This document shows positions 9,724-18,988 of a stretch of DNA of 64,000 nt, piece after piece. This DNA is from Burkholderiales bacterium. GTDB lineage: Bacteria > Pseudomonadota > Gammaproteobacteria > Burkholderiales > JAEUOS01. The notes below the pieces were generated by a model, which worked only from the letters and a program-made list of their open reading frames with translations, was not told where the DNA came from and did no database searches. How positions within the stretch are numbered: position 1 is the stretch's first letter; each line of letters opens with the position of its first letter. The stretch is taken from NCBI GenBank assembly GCA_016790695.1, contig JAEUOS010000001.1, positions 822 through 64,821 on the forward strand. Direction: 5' to 3'. Position numbers and translations under genes: made by a program.

Positions 9724-10833
9724 ATGAACGTGGCCGCGAAGCCCTTTCGCATCGACCATGTTGGCAGCCTGTTGAGGCCGCCGGCGCTTCGCCGGGCGCG
9801 CACCGACTGGATGGCCGGGCACCTGCGGCACGAGGCGCTGACCGCGATCGAGGATCAGGCGATTCGCGAGGCCGTCGTACTCCAGGAGCGCGCCGGGCTG
9901 GCGGTGATCACCGACGGCGAGTTCCGACGCGTCTCGTGGCGCGACGGCTTCTTCGAGAGTGTCGACGGCTTCTCGGCCGAGCGCGACCCAGCGGACTTCG
10001 AATTCCGCCTGGCCGGCGGCAAGCGCCAGCGTGCCGCGCCTGTGCCGCGAGTGATCGGGCGTCTCGTGCGCCGCAAGGGCATCGCCTCCCACGAGTTCGC
10101 CTTCCTCAAGACCGTCACGGATCGTACACCCAAGGTCACGCTGCCGGCGCCTTCGGTGATGCACTTCTTCCGCGGCCGGCAGGCGATCGATCCGGCGGTT
10201 TACCCGGACGTCGAGGCATTCATGTCTGATGTGTCTCGCATATATCGCGAGGAGTTGGCCGAATTGGCCGCGCTCGGCTGTACCTATGTGCAGTTCGATG
10301 AAGTCGCGCTGCCGATCCTTTGCGACGAGGGAATCCGTGCTTTTCTCGCTTCGCGCGGCGACGACGTCGACCAGACCATCGGACTCTACATCGATGCGCT
10401 CAACGCCGCCCTGGCCGACCGCCCCGCCGGCATGACCGTGGTGCTGCACATGTGCCGCGGCAACGTCGGTGAAGGCATGGGCTCCGGCGGTTACGAACCG
10501 ATCGCCGAGCGCGCCTTTAGCGAGATCAATGTGGACGGCTTCCTGCTTGAGTACGACCGTGCTGGTACGGGCGGGTTCGATCCGCTGCGCCACGTACCGA
10601 CGAACAAGATCGCCCTGCTCGGCCTGATCAGCACCAAGCAGCGTGAGATCGAAAGCGAGGACTACGTAAAGGCGCGCCTCGACGAGGCGGCGCGCCACCT
10701 CGATCTCAGGCGTGCGGGCCTGTGTCCCCAGTGCGGCTTTGCAAGTGGCTACCGCACCGACCGAATGTCGGTCGACGACGAGGAAAGGAAGCTCGCGCAG
10801 CTGGTGCGGCTGGGGGCATTGCTTCCGGACTGA
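9724..10833 (+). CDS. Cobalamin-independent methionine synthase (MetE C-terminal domain)-like methyltransferase family protein
   Basis: 369 aa. N-terminus FRIDHVGSLLRPP and single-domain length fit the COG0620 short family, not full-length MetE. AGGAG RBS 7 nt upstream. Confidence 0.82.
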   Translation: MNVAAKPFRIDHVGSLLRPPALRRARTDWMAGHLRHEALTAIEDQAIREAVVLQERAGLAVITDGEFRRVSWRDGFFESVDGFSAERDPADFEFRLAGGKRQRAAPVPRVIGRLVRRKGIASHEFAFLKTVTDRTPKVTLPAPSVMHFFRGRQAIDPAVYPDVEAFMSDVSRIYREELAELAALGCTYVQFDEVALPILCDEGIRAFLASRGDDVDQTIGLYIDALNAALADRPAGMTVVLHMCRGNVGEGMGSGGYEPIAERAFSEINVDGFLLEYDRAGTGGFDPLRHVPTNKIALLGLISTKQREIESEDYVKARLDEAARHLDLRRAGLCPQCGFASGYRTDRMSVDDEERKLAQLVRLGALLPD

Positions 10834-10969
10834 CGTGTACCGGCGCGGCCCGCGTGCGGCTAGCGCGCTCGCGCAGGTTTGTGAACCTTGACCAGCGTCG
10901 GCGCCAGCGTCGTGAAGCTTCGACCTGCTTGAGGTACCATGCCTGCAACGCATTCTTGGACCGGCGACC

Positions 10970-11200
10970 ATGACCTCCGTAACAATCGAATTGCCCGATG
11001 GCCTTGCCGAAGAAGCGCGCAAGCGCGGGTTGTTGTCGAGCGAAGTCCTTGCGCCGGTGCTCTCCGAAATGCTACGCCTCGAATCCGCGGCAGAATTGCG
11101 GGACCTGCTTGCCAGCCATCCGGCAACCGAGCCCACGCCAGCGGCTTCCGATACTAGGACAATCATCGATGCGGTGCGGCGCCAGTTCCGCGCGGCGTGA
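10970..11200 (+). CDS. Putative antitoxin of a PIN-type toxin-antitoxin pair
   Basis: 76-aa ORF. Its TGA stop is immediately followed by the ATG of the PIN gene (tgaatg). The call rests on size and position; I did not recognise a family. Confidence 0.55.
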   Translation: MTSVTIELPDGLAEEARKRGLLSSEVLAPVLSEMLRLESAAELRDLLASHPATEPTPAASDTRTIIDAVRRQFRAA

Positions 11201-11623
11201 ATGCGTGTCGTACTTGACACCAACATCCTGATCTCGGCTTTCGGCTGGGGTGGCGTTCCGGGCCAAGTGCTGCTCTCCGGGCTCACCGGGCAAGTGGAGC
11301 TTTGCACCAGCCCACAACTTTCTGCAGAGCTGAAACGCGTCTTCGCGCATCCCACGGTGGCGCATGCGTTGGCCAAGCGCGGGCTGTCGGCATCCGATCT
11401 TCACCGACGGTATCTGGCCAGTGTGCTGTCGCTTGAGGCTGCACCGCTGCCCAGACCGGTATGCCGCGATGCCGACGATGACCATGTGCTTGCATGCGCC
11501 ATCGCCGCGGACGCGGACCTGATTGTCTCGGGAGACGAGGACTTGCTGTCTCTGCGTACCTATGAAGGCATTCCCATCCTGACGGCGGCGGCGGCACTTG
11601 CCAGGATTGTCGCTACGCCCTGA
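11201..11623 (+). CDS. PIN-domain toxin (PIN_3 / TIGR00305-like putative ribonuclease)
   Basis: 140 aa. N-terminal MRVVLDTNILISA plus later acidic motifs (DADDDHVLACA, IVSGDEDLL) fit the PIN acidic quartet. Confidence 0.8.
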   Translation: MRVVLDTNILISAFGWGGVPGQVLLSGLTGQVELCTSPQLSAELKRVFAHPTVAHALAKRGLSASDLHRRYLASVLSLEAAPLPRPVCRDADDDHVLACAIAADADLIVSGDEDLLSLRTYEGIPILTAAAALARIVATP

Positions 11624-11658
11624 TCTGCTTCGCAGGCGCGAAGTCCGGCAGTAGTCCG

Positions 11659-11994
11659 CTAGGACCGCCGGTCCAGGCTCTGCCGGGCGCCCTCGTGGCG
11701 GCGCTCGCCGCCGAGGGCGTGCAGCAGGTGGTTGAGCGCGAGCTGGCATTGGCGCGCGCGGTTGTCGGCGGCGACGTCGCGCTCGTGCATGATCCAGCTG
11801 GCCAGCATCTGCCGCAGGGTCTGCCGGCCCTCGTCGGTCTGCGCGAGCACGTTCAACTCCATCAGCGCCGTGGTCGCGGTCAATCCCTCCTGGTGCACGA
11901 TCGCCTCGACGGCCACGTCCACATCCTCGACCGTGACTTCGCAGCCCAGGATCTCGCAGACCTCGTTGCGCAGATCTTCATATCCGCCAATCAT
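11659..11994 (-). CDS. Hypothetical small acidic protein
   Basis: High-GC3 ORF. I prefer the ATG at 11994 (MIGGYEDL...) because GGGAGA lies 5 nt upstream. The track ORF begins at a GTG at 12024. No family recognised. Confidence 0.5.
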   Translation of the reverse strand: MIGGYEDLRNEVCEILGCEVTVEDVDVAVEAIVHQEGLTATTALMELNVLAQTDEGRQTLRQMLASWIMHERDVAADNRARQCQLALNHLLHALGGERRHEGARQSLDRRS

Positions 11995-12019
11995 CGTTGT
12001 CTCCCGTCGTCTTCGGCGC

Positions 12020-12047
12020 GTCACATCGCTGTCACACGCCTGTCATC
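12020..12047. repeat. Three helically phased direct repeats GTCACA / GTCACA / GTCATC
   Basis: Repeat starts at 12020, 12031 and 12042 (exact 11-bp period). They lie just upstream of the preferred start of the small acidic ORF and in the divergent fbaB spacer. Confidence 0.3.
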
Positions 12048-12185
12048 GCCACCCTAGCCGCGCCGGCCCCGGCGAAGTTGATGCAGCGCAAGTCCGGCAC
12101 GAATCGTCGCGCGGCGCCCGGCGCGCCGGCGGCATAATCGCCGAATCGCGCGCCACGCGCGCCAACCCCTGCACCGGAGCATCCG

Positions 12186-13247
<1,062 letters not shown>

Positions 13248-13281
13248 GGCCGCGCGCCGGCGGCGGCCCCGCGGGCGCGGG

Positions 13282-14253
13282 TCAGTCGGCCCGGATGTTG
13301 CCCTTGCGGATGACCTGCGCCCACTTGTCGGACTCGGCCTGGACGAAACGCGCCAGGTCGTCCGGGCTGCCGGGACGCGTCTCGATGCCGGCATCGGCGA
13401 GCTTCTGCCGCACGTCGGGCTCGGCCAGCGCGAGGTTGAGCGCGCGGTTGAGCTGGTTCACCGCGGCCGGCGGCGTGCCCGCCGGCGCGAACATGGCGGC
13501 CCAGCCGATCACTTCGAACCCCGGCACGCCGGATTCCGCCACCGTGGGCACCTCCGGCGCCGAGGCGACGCGCCGTCCGGCGGTGACCGCCAGCGCGCGC
13601 AGCTTGCCGGCCTTGACCAGCGGGGTCGAGGACCCGATGTTGTCGAACATGAACTGCACCTGCCCGCCCACCAGGTCCTGCAGCGCCGGCGCGCTGCCCT
13701 TGTAGGGCACGTGCTGGTAGTCGAGGTTCAGGGTCTGCTTGAGCAGTTCCGCCGCGAGGTGCGAGGAACTGCCGATCGACGGCGTGCCGTAGTTGAGCTT
13801 GCCCGGATTCCTGCGCGCGTACTCGACGAATTCGGCGAAGCTCCTGATCGGCAGCCCCGGCGTCACCAGCAGCCAGGCCGCGTTGAAGCCGTGGAAGCCC
13901 ACGGGCGCGAAGTCGCGCTCGGCGTTGTAGGGCAGCTTGCCCATGTGGGGCGCGGTGGCGTGCGTGACGATGGTGCCGAGCAGCACCGTGTGCCCGTCGG
14001 GCGCGGCCTTGGCGACGAAATCGGCGCCGAGCGTGGCGCCGGCGCCCGGCCGGTTGTCGATCACCAGCGTCTGGCCGAGCTCGGCGCCCATGCGCGGCGC
14101 GATCAGCCGCGCCATCAGGTCGACCACGCCGCCGGCGGCGAACGGCACGACGATGCGCACCGGCCGCGTCGCGAAACTCTGCGCCTGCGCAGGCGGCAGC
14201 GCAAGCGCGGCCAGTGCCGCGCCCAGGAAGAAACGCGCAAGACGCGATCGCAT
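13282..14253 (-). CDS. Bug/TctC-family substrate-binding protein (2 of 7)
   Basis: ATG at 14253 gives MRSRLARFFLGAALAALALPPAQAQ, then RPVRIVVPFAAGG...IDNRPGAG. The rest of the 13282..15321 track ORF is a read-through artefact. Confidence 0.9.
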   Translation of the reverse strand: MRSRLARFFLGAALAALALPPAQAQSFATRPVRIVVPFAAGGVVDLMARLIAPRMGAELGQTLVIDNRPGAGATLGADFVAKAAPDGHTVLLGTIVTHATAPHMGKLPYNAERDFAPVGFHGFNAAWLLVTPGLPIRSFAEFVEYARRNPGKLNYGTPSIGSSSHLAAELLKQTLNLDYQHVPYKGSAPALQDLVGGQVQFMFDNIGSSTPLVKAGKLRALAVTAGRRVASAPEVPTVAESGVPGFEVIGWAAMFAPAGTPPAAVNQLNRALNLALAEPDVRQKLADAGIETRPGSPDDLARFVQAESDKWAQVIRKGNIRAD

Positions 14254-14255
14254 GG

Positions 14256-15236
14256 TCAGGCCTCCAGGATGAACTTGCCGAAATGCCGGTTCTCGCGCAT
14301 CGCCGCGTGCGCGCGGTCCGCCTCGGCGAGCGCGAACACCTTCTCGACCGGCATCGCGAACGCGCCGCTGGCCGCCGCGCCGCCGAAGTCGTCCCACGCC
14401 GCCCTGACCACCGCGGCGAACTCGGCGACATCGCGGGTGCGGAAGGTCACGCCGATCAGGGCGATGCGCTTGCGCGACAACTCGTTGAGATCGACCGGGC
14501 CGGAGATTCCGCCCATGCGCCCGATCTGGATCCAGCGCGCGCCCAGTGCGGCCATCGCGAGATGGTCGTCGATGGCCTTGGCGCCGACCATGTCGACGAT
14601 CACGTCGGCACCGGCGCCGCCGGTCGCGCGCATCACCGCCTCCGCGGCGCCGCCCTGGGCATGGTCGATGCCGTGCGTGAGTCCGTACTGCGCCAGGCGC
14701 GCGAGCTTCGCCGCGCTCGCGGTCCCCGCGATCACGCCGGCACCCCGGGCGCGCGCGATCTGCGCGGCCGCGATGCCGACGCCGCTGGAGGCCGCCTGGA
14801 TGAACACCGCCTCGCCCTTTGCCAGGCGGCCGTTGGTGACGATCGCATCGTGCGCGGTGAACAGCGCCACCGGGATCGCGGCCGCTGCCGCCCACCCCAG
14901 CCCGGCCGGTACGCGCACCGCAAGGCGGTGGTCCAGCAGCACCTGCTCCGCGTACGCACCGGCGGGCATGCCCATGACCCGATCGCCAATCGCGTAGCCC
15001 TTGACGTCGGCGCCCATGCCGATGACCTCGCCGGCCGCCTCCAGCCCGGCGATGGGATGGGGCGGCCTGGTCGGGATGCGCGCATAGTGCCCGGCGTTGA
15101 GCGCCAGGTCCGCGCGGTTGATGCCGACCGCGCGCACCTTGACCAGCAGGTCGTTGGCGCCGGGCACCAGGTCGGCGACATCGCGCCACGCCAGGCGCGC
15201 CGCGCCCTCGGTCTTCTCCACCAGCCATGCCTTCAT
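14256..15236 (-). CDS. Zinc-independent MDR-family NAD(P)H:quinone oxidoreductase-like protein
   Basis: MKAWLVEK...LLVKVRAVGINRADL... and AASSGVGIAAAQIA nucleotide-binding motif. Start at 15236 makes an ATGA overlap with the upstream gene. Confidence 0.88.
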   Translation of the reverse strand: MKAWLVEKTEGAARLAWRDVADLVPGANDLLVKVRAVGINRADLALNAGHYARIPTRPPHPIAGLEAAGEVIGMGADVKGYAIGDRVMGMPAGAYAEQVLLDHRLAVRVPAGLGWAAAAAIPVALFTAHDAIVTNGRLAKGEAVFIQAASSGVGIAAAQIARARGAGVIAGTASAAKLARLAQYGLTHGIDHAQGGAAEAVMRATGGAGADVIVDMVGAKAIDDHLAMAALGARWIQIGRMGGISGPVDLNELSRKRIALIGVTFRTRDVAEFAAVVRAAWDDFGGAAASGAFAMPVEKVFALAEADRAHAAMRENRHFGKFILEA

Positions 15237-15667
15237 TTCGCGCGCTCCCATTCGACCACCGCAGCGCGGCGCTTGTCGCCGATCTGCCATTCCCCGACCA
15301 GGTCGACCCGGTCAGGCCCATGCCAGCGCGCGTGGCGGCGCTGGCTCTCGCCGATCCAGTTGGGCAACAGGCTCAGCTCGATGTGATGGATCATGTCCTC
15401 GCCGTCGGCGTCCCAGCGCCCGCAATAGGTGACGTAGTCGTCGAAGGCGCGCACCTTTTCCTCGACGGTTGCCTGCAGGCGGTCGGACACCGCGAACCGC
15501 GGCGCCGCCGCGCGCTGCATGGTGCCCATCATGAAGCCCGCCGCAGTGTAGGTGATGTAGCCGCGCGCATCGCGCCCGAGCGGATAGAACTTCTCGCCGC
15601 CGGTGTACTGGGTCCAGTAGCCGAGCAGCGTCCAGGTGCCGATGATGGGATGGGTTCGCGCTGTCAT
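15233..15667 (-). CDS. Lipocalin-like domain protein (PF13924-like)
   Basis: 144 aa. N-terminus HPIIGTWTLLGYW...PLGRDARGYITYTAAGFMMG matches the lipocalin-like family. Confidence 0.7.
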   Translation of the reverse strand: MTARTHPIIGTWTLLGYWTQYTGGEKFYPLGRDARGYITYTAAGFMMGTMQRAAAPRFAVSDRLQATVEEKVRAFDDYVTYCGRWDADGEDMIHHIELSLLPNWIGESQRRHARWHGPDRVDLVGEWQIGDKRRAAVVEWERAK

Positions 15668-15702
15668 GAACTTCCTTCCATTGCCGCCGCGGCGACGCCC
15701 GC

Positions 15703-16431
15703 CTACGCGAGATAGTGGCCGCCATCGACGTACAGGATGTTGCCGGTCGAATAGGCATTCTGCATCAGGAACAGCGCCGCTGCTGCGGCGTCCTCCGGCA
15801 GCCCGATGCGCGCGACCGGCAGGCCGGCCGCCCACTTGTCGAGCATTTCCTGGCGCGCGGCCTCCGGCATGTCGCCAAAGCTCGACGAGGCGATGCGCCC
15901 CGGCGCCACCGCATTGACGCGCACCGGCGCCAGGTCCAGCGCCATGCCGCGCGTGAGCCCCTCGATGGCTGCCTGCACCGCGGCCAGCGCGGCCATCGCC
16001 TTGATCGGCCGGCGGCTGGCGCCGCCGCCGAACAGGGTGATCGAGCCGCCTTTGGCGATGTGCGGCGCCGCCAGCTTGGCGCACAGGTACTGCGCCCAGA
16101 ACTTGTTGTCGAACAGCGCGCGGGCGTCTGCCGTCGGCTGCTCCAGAAAGCTGGTGTAGCGCTGGCGCGTCGACCCCGGGCCGACGGTGACCACCAGGTG
16201 GTCGATCGGCGCCTGCGCAGCAAAGAGCGCCGCGAGCTGGCCTTCGTCGCGCGCGTCGACCGGCGCGGTGGCCACGCCTGCGCCGACGTCGCGCGCCGCG
16301 GCGGCGAGCTTGCCGGCGTCGCGCCCCGCGATCACCACCCGCGCGCCGGCCGCGGCGGCCGCCTTCGCCACCGCGAGGCCGATGCCGCTGCCGCCGCCGA
16401 CCGCGACCACCTTGCTGTCCGCCAGTTTCAT
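15703..16431 (-). CDS. SDR-family oxidoreductase
   Basis: MKLADSKVVAVGGGSGIGLAVAKA (TGxxxGxG-like motif). Classical short-chain dehydrogenase length. Confidence 0.85.
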   Translation of the reverse strand: MKLADSKVVAVGGGSGIGLAVAKAAAAAGARVVIAGRDAGKLAAAARDVGAGVATAPVDARDEGQLAALFAAQAPIDHLVVTVGPGSTRQRYTSFLEQPTADARALFDNKFWAQYLCAKLAAPHIAKGGSITLFGGGASRRPIKAMAALAAVQAAIEGLTRGMALDLAPVRVNAVAPGRIASSSFGDMPEAARQEMLDKWAAGLPVARIGLPEDAAAAALFLMQNAYSTGNILYVDGGHYLA

Positions 16432-16462
16432 CGCTTTTCCCTTCGTCGCGCCCCTCGGCCGG

Positions 16463-17116
16463 TCAACGCAGCGGCGAGATCGCCAGCGGCCGCAGGAAAC
16501 GCCGCGCATGAGCGCGGGTCAGGCCCTGCGTCTCCCGCTGCGCGCGCTGCCAGGAACGGTCGGCGGCAAGCGCGGCCTGCGCGCGGTCGCGCGCGGCCAT
16601 GCCCTCCCAATACCACAGGTGCACCACTTCGCCGGTCATGCCGGTAAGGCCGCGCATGGAGCACACCAGGCGCGCGCCCGCCGCCGCCATCCGCGGCAAC
16701 AGCCGGCGTGCGAATTCCGCCTCGAAGGCGGCAGTATCGCCGGGTTCGGTGAGGGTGACGCATTCCTCGACGAAGGCGTGCGGATCCGCCGCGCCGGCCA
16801 CGGCGAACGGCGGGACCACGTCATGTGTCTCAAACAGGCGCACTTCCTGGCGGAGGACGCGCCCGCGCGCACCGGCCTGGTACGCGCGCCAGGCCGGATC
16901 GGCGTCCCGCAATGCGCGCCGGCTCTCGCGATCGGCGAGGCTGTCGTGCTTCCAGTAATGCACCACCTGGTGCAGATTGCCGGCCTCGACGCCGAAGTAG
17001 CCCGCCAGCGCCAGGCCGTGGCGCAGCGACACCGGCAGCCCGTGCAGGGCATAGTTGGCGACATAGTCGCCCACCTGCCCCACGGCGATGTCGTAGGTGC
17101 GCGCCTCGACGATCAT
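16463..17116 (-). CDS. NIPSNAP-family protein (two NIPSNAP repeats)
   Basis: 217 aa. MIVEARTYDI...GNLHQVVHYWKHDSLADR, and a second repeat with GEVVHLWYWEGMAARD. Confidence 0.75.
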   Translation of the reverse strand: MIVEARTYDIAVGQVGDYVANYALHGLPVSLRHGLALAGYFGVEAGNLHQVVHYWKHDSLADRESRRALRDADPAWRAYQAGARGRVLRQEVRLFETHDVVPPFAVAGAADPHAFVEECVTLTEPGDTAAFEAEFARRLLPRMAAAGARLVCSMRGLTGMTGEVVHLWYWEGMAARDRAQAALAADRSWQRAQRETQGLTRAHARRFLRPLAISPLR

Positions 17117-18087
17117 CCGTCGACCTTGAGGTTGATGCGCCGCGCCAGGCCACCCCAGCGCTCGGTGGCTTCCTTGAGCGCGGCCGCGAGGGCTTCCGGG
17201 CTGCTGCCGACCGGCTCGCTGCCCAGCGCGTTGTAGCGCTCGCGGATCTCGGGGGTCTTGAGCGCTGCGGCGATCTCGGCGGAGAGCCGGTCGACGACCG
17301 CGCGCGGCGTTGCCGCCGGCGCATAGACCGCGTGGAACGAGCTCGAGTCGTAGCCTGCCACCCCCGCTTCCTCCATGGTCGGCAGGTCGGGAACCTGGGC
17401 CAGCCGCCGCTTCGCGCCGGTGGCCAGCATGCGCACCTTGCCGGCGCGCGCCTGGTTGAGCGCCGCCGCGGTCGAGTCGAACATCATCGTCACCTGGCCG
17501 CCGATCAGGTCGGTCATCGCCGGCGCGCCGCCCTTGTACGGCACGTGCACGATGTCGATCCCGCCCAGATGCCGGAGCTGCTCGCCGAGCAGGTGCACCA
17601 CGCTGCCGGTGCCGGGCGAGGCGAAGGTCAGCCGGCCGGGGTTGGCCCTGGCGTCGGCGATGAGCTCGCGCACCGTCCTGTACGGCGAGGCCGCGGCGAC
17701 GATCAGGATGCCCTCGACGGTGGCGACCAGGCTCACCGGCGCGAAGTCCTTGACCGGGTCGAACCCGAGCTTCGGATAGATCGCGGGATTGACCGCCATG
17801 GTGCCGGTCGGCGACCAGAAGAACGTGTGGCCGTCGGGCGCCACCCGCGCCACATGCTCGGCGCCGATGTTGCCGTTGGCGCCGGCACGGTTGTCGATCA
17901 CGAACTGCTGGCCCATGCGCTCGGACAGGCGCTGCAGCAGGGGGCGCGCGAGGTTGTCGGTCGGGCCGCCGGGCGGAAACGGAATCACCACGCGGACCGG
18001 CTTGGCCGGCCAGGACTGCGCGACCGCGCGCCCGGCGGCAAGGCCGGCACCGGCGACGGCGGCGGCAACGAAAGTGCGTCTGTTCAT
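17113..18087 (-). CDS. Bug/TctC-family substrate-binding protein (3 of 7)
   Basis: Tat/Sec-like leader MNRRTFVAAAVAGAGLAAGRAVAQ, then WPAKPVRVVIPFPPGGPTD...IDNRAGANG. ATGA overlap with the next gene. Confidence 0.9.
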   Translation of the reverse strand: MNRRTFVAAAVAGAGLAAGRAVAQSWPAKPVRVVIPFPPGGPTDNLARPLLQRLSERMGQQFVIDNRAGANGNIGAEHVARVAPDGHTFFWSPTGTMAVNPAIYPKLGFDPVKDFAPVSLVATVEGILIVAAASPYRTVRELIADARANPGRLTFASPGTGSVVHLLGEQLRHLGGIDIVHVPYKGGAPAMTDLIGGQVTMMFDSTAAALNQARAGKVRMLATGAKRRLAQVPDLPTMEEAGVAGYDSSSFHAVYAPAATPRAVVDRLSAEIAAALKTPEIRERYNALGSEPVGSSPEALAAALKEATERWGGLARRINLKVDG

Positions 18088-18106
18088 GGTCCCTCCTTGC
18101 CTGCGG

Positions 18107-18988
18107 TCAGTGCACGGGCGCGAGGCCGCGCGCCTGCGCGAAGCGCCGCGCGAACGCCTCGTACTGCGTCGGTTCGCGGCCCAGCATCAGCGCCAGCGTG
18201 CGCCAGTTGCCGCCCGGCGCGCCGTGGCGGTCGAATTCCTCGAACATGGTGCGAAGGATCGCCATCTCGCGCGGATCGCGGCCCGCCCAGTGCGGCAGCG
18301 CCATGTACGCGTCGAGCGGCATGGCGACGGCGCGGATCGCGCGGCCGGTGACCCGCGACCAGATCGCGGCCAGTTCGTGCCGGGTCAGCGGCGTCTTGGC
18401 GCTCGCCATTTCGTAGACCCCGTAGTCCCAGCCCGGCTCGGTGAGCACGCGCGCCACCGCTTCGGCGTAGTCGTCGAGGTCGAGCCAGGAGATCAGCGAA
18501 TCGGCCGAATAGGGAAAGACGAACTCGCCGGCATCGATCATGCGCTCCCAGTTCCAGGCGACGTTCTGCATGTAGTTGGTCGGCTGGAAGATGCGCCAGG
18601 GCAACCCCGCGTGCATCGCCAGTTCCTCGACCGCGCGCTTGTGGTTGTGGAAGCGGATCGCGCTGACCTGCGAGTTGATGACGCTGTGGAGCGCGATCGT
18701 GCGCACGCCCGCCGTGACGGCGGCGTCGATGACGTTGCGCCCGTTCTGCACCTCGTCGGGCTTCATGCGCGGCGGAATGTGGAACACGGTCGCGGCGCCG
18801 GCGAAGGCGCGCACGAGCGCAGCGCGGTCGGCGAAGGTGGCCAGCGCGGTCCGGTCCGCGCCGGCGTCCCGGCAGGCCGCCGCCGAGGACGCGCGCGTCA
18901 CCACCGCGCAGACCGCCACGCCGCGCGCCTTGAGCGCGGCGATCACCGCGCGCCCGGTGACGCCGCCGGCGCCGGTGATGGCGATCAC
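18107..18988 (-). CDS. NmrA-like NAD(P)-binding protein (paralogue A)
   Basis: GTG at 18988 gives VIAITGAGGVTGRAV (Rossmann motif). GTGA overlap with the stop of paralogue B. Shares VLTEPGWD and overall collinearity with the neighbour. Confidence 0.8.
   Translation of the reverse strand: MIAITGAGGVTGRAVIAALKARGVAVCAVVTRASSAAACRDAGADRTALATFADRAALVRAFAGAATVFHIPPRMKPDEVQNGRNVIDAAVTAGVRTIALHSVINSQVSAIRFHNHKRAVEELAMHAGLPWRIFQPTNYMQNVAWNWERMIDAGEFVFPYSADSLISWLDLDDYAEAVARVLTEPGWDYGVYEMASAKTPLTRHELAAIWSRVTGRAIRAVAMPLDAYMALPHWAGRDPREMAILRTMFEEFDRHGAPGGNWRTLALMLGREPTQYEAFARRFAQARGLAPVH

Noticed and set aside
9724-10833. Calling this gene metE (true cobalamin-independent methionine synthase).
   Set aside because: It is only 369 aa, a single MetE-C-terminal-like domain. 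Genuine MetE is about twice that length with two homologous domains. I kept it as a family-level call without a gene symbol.
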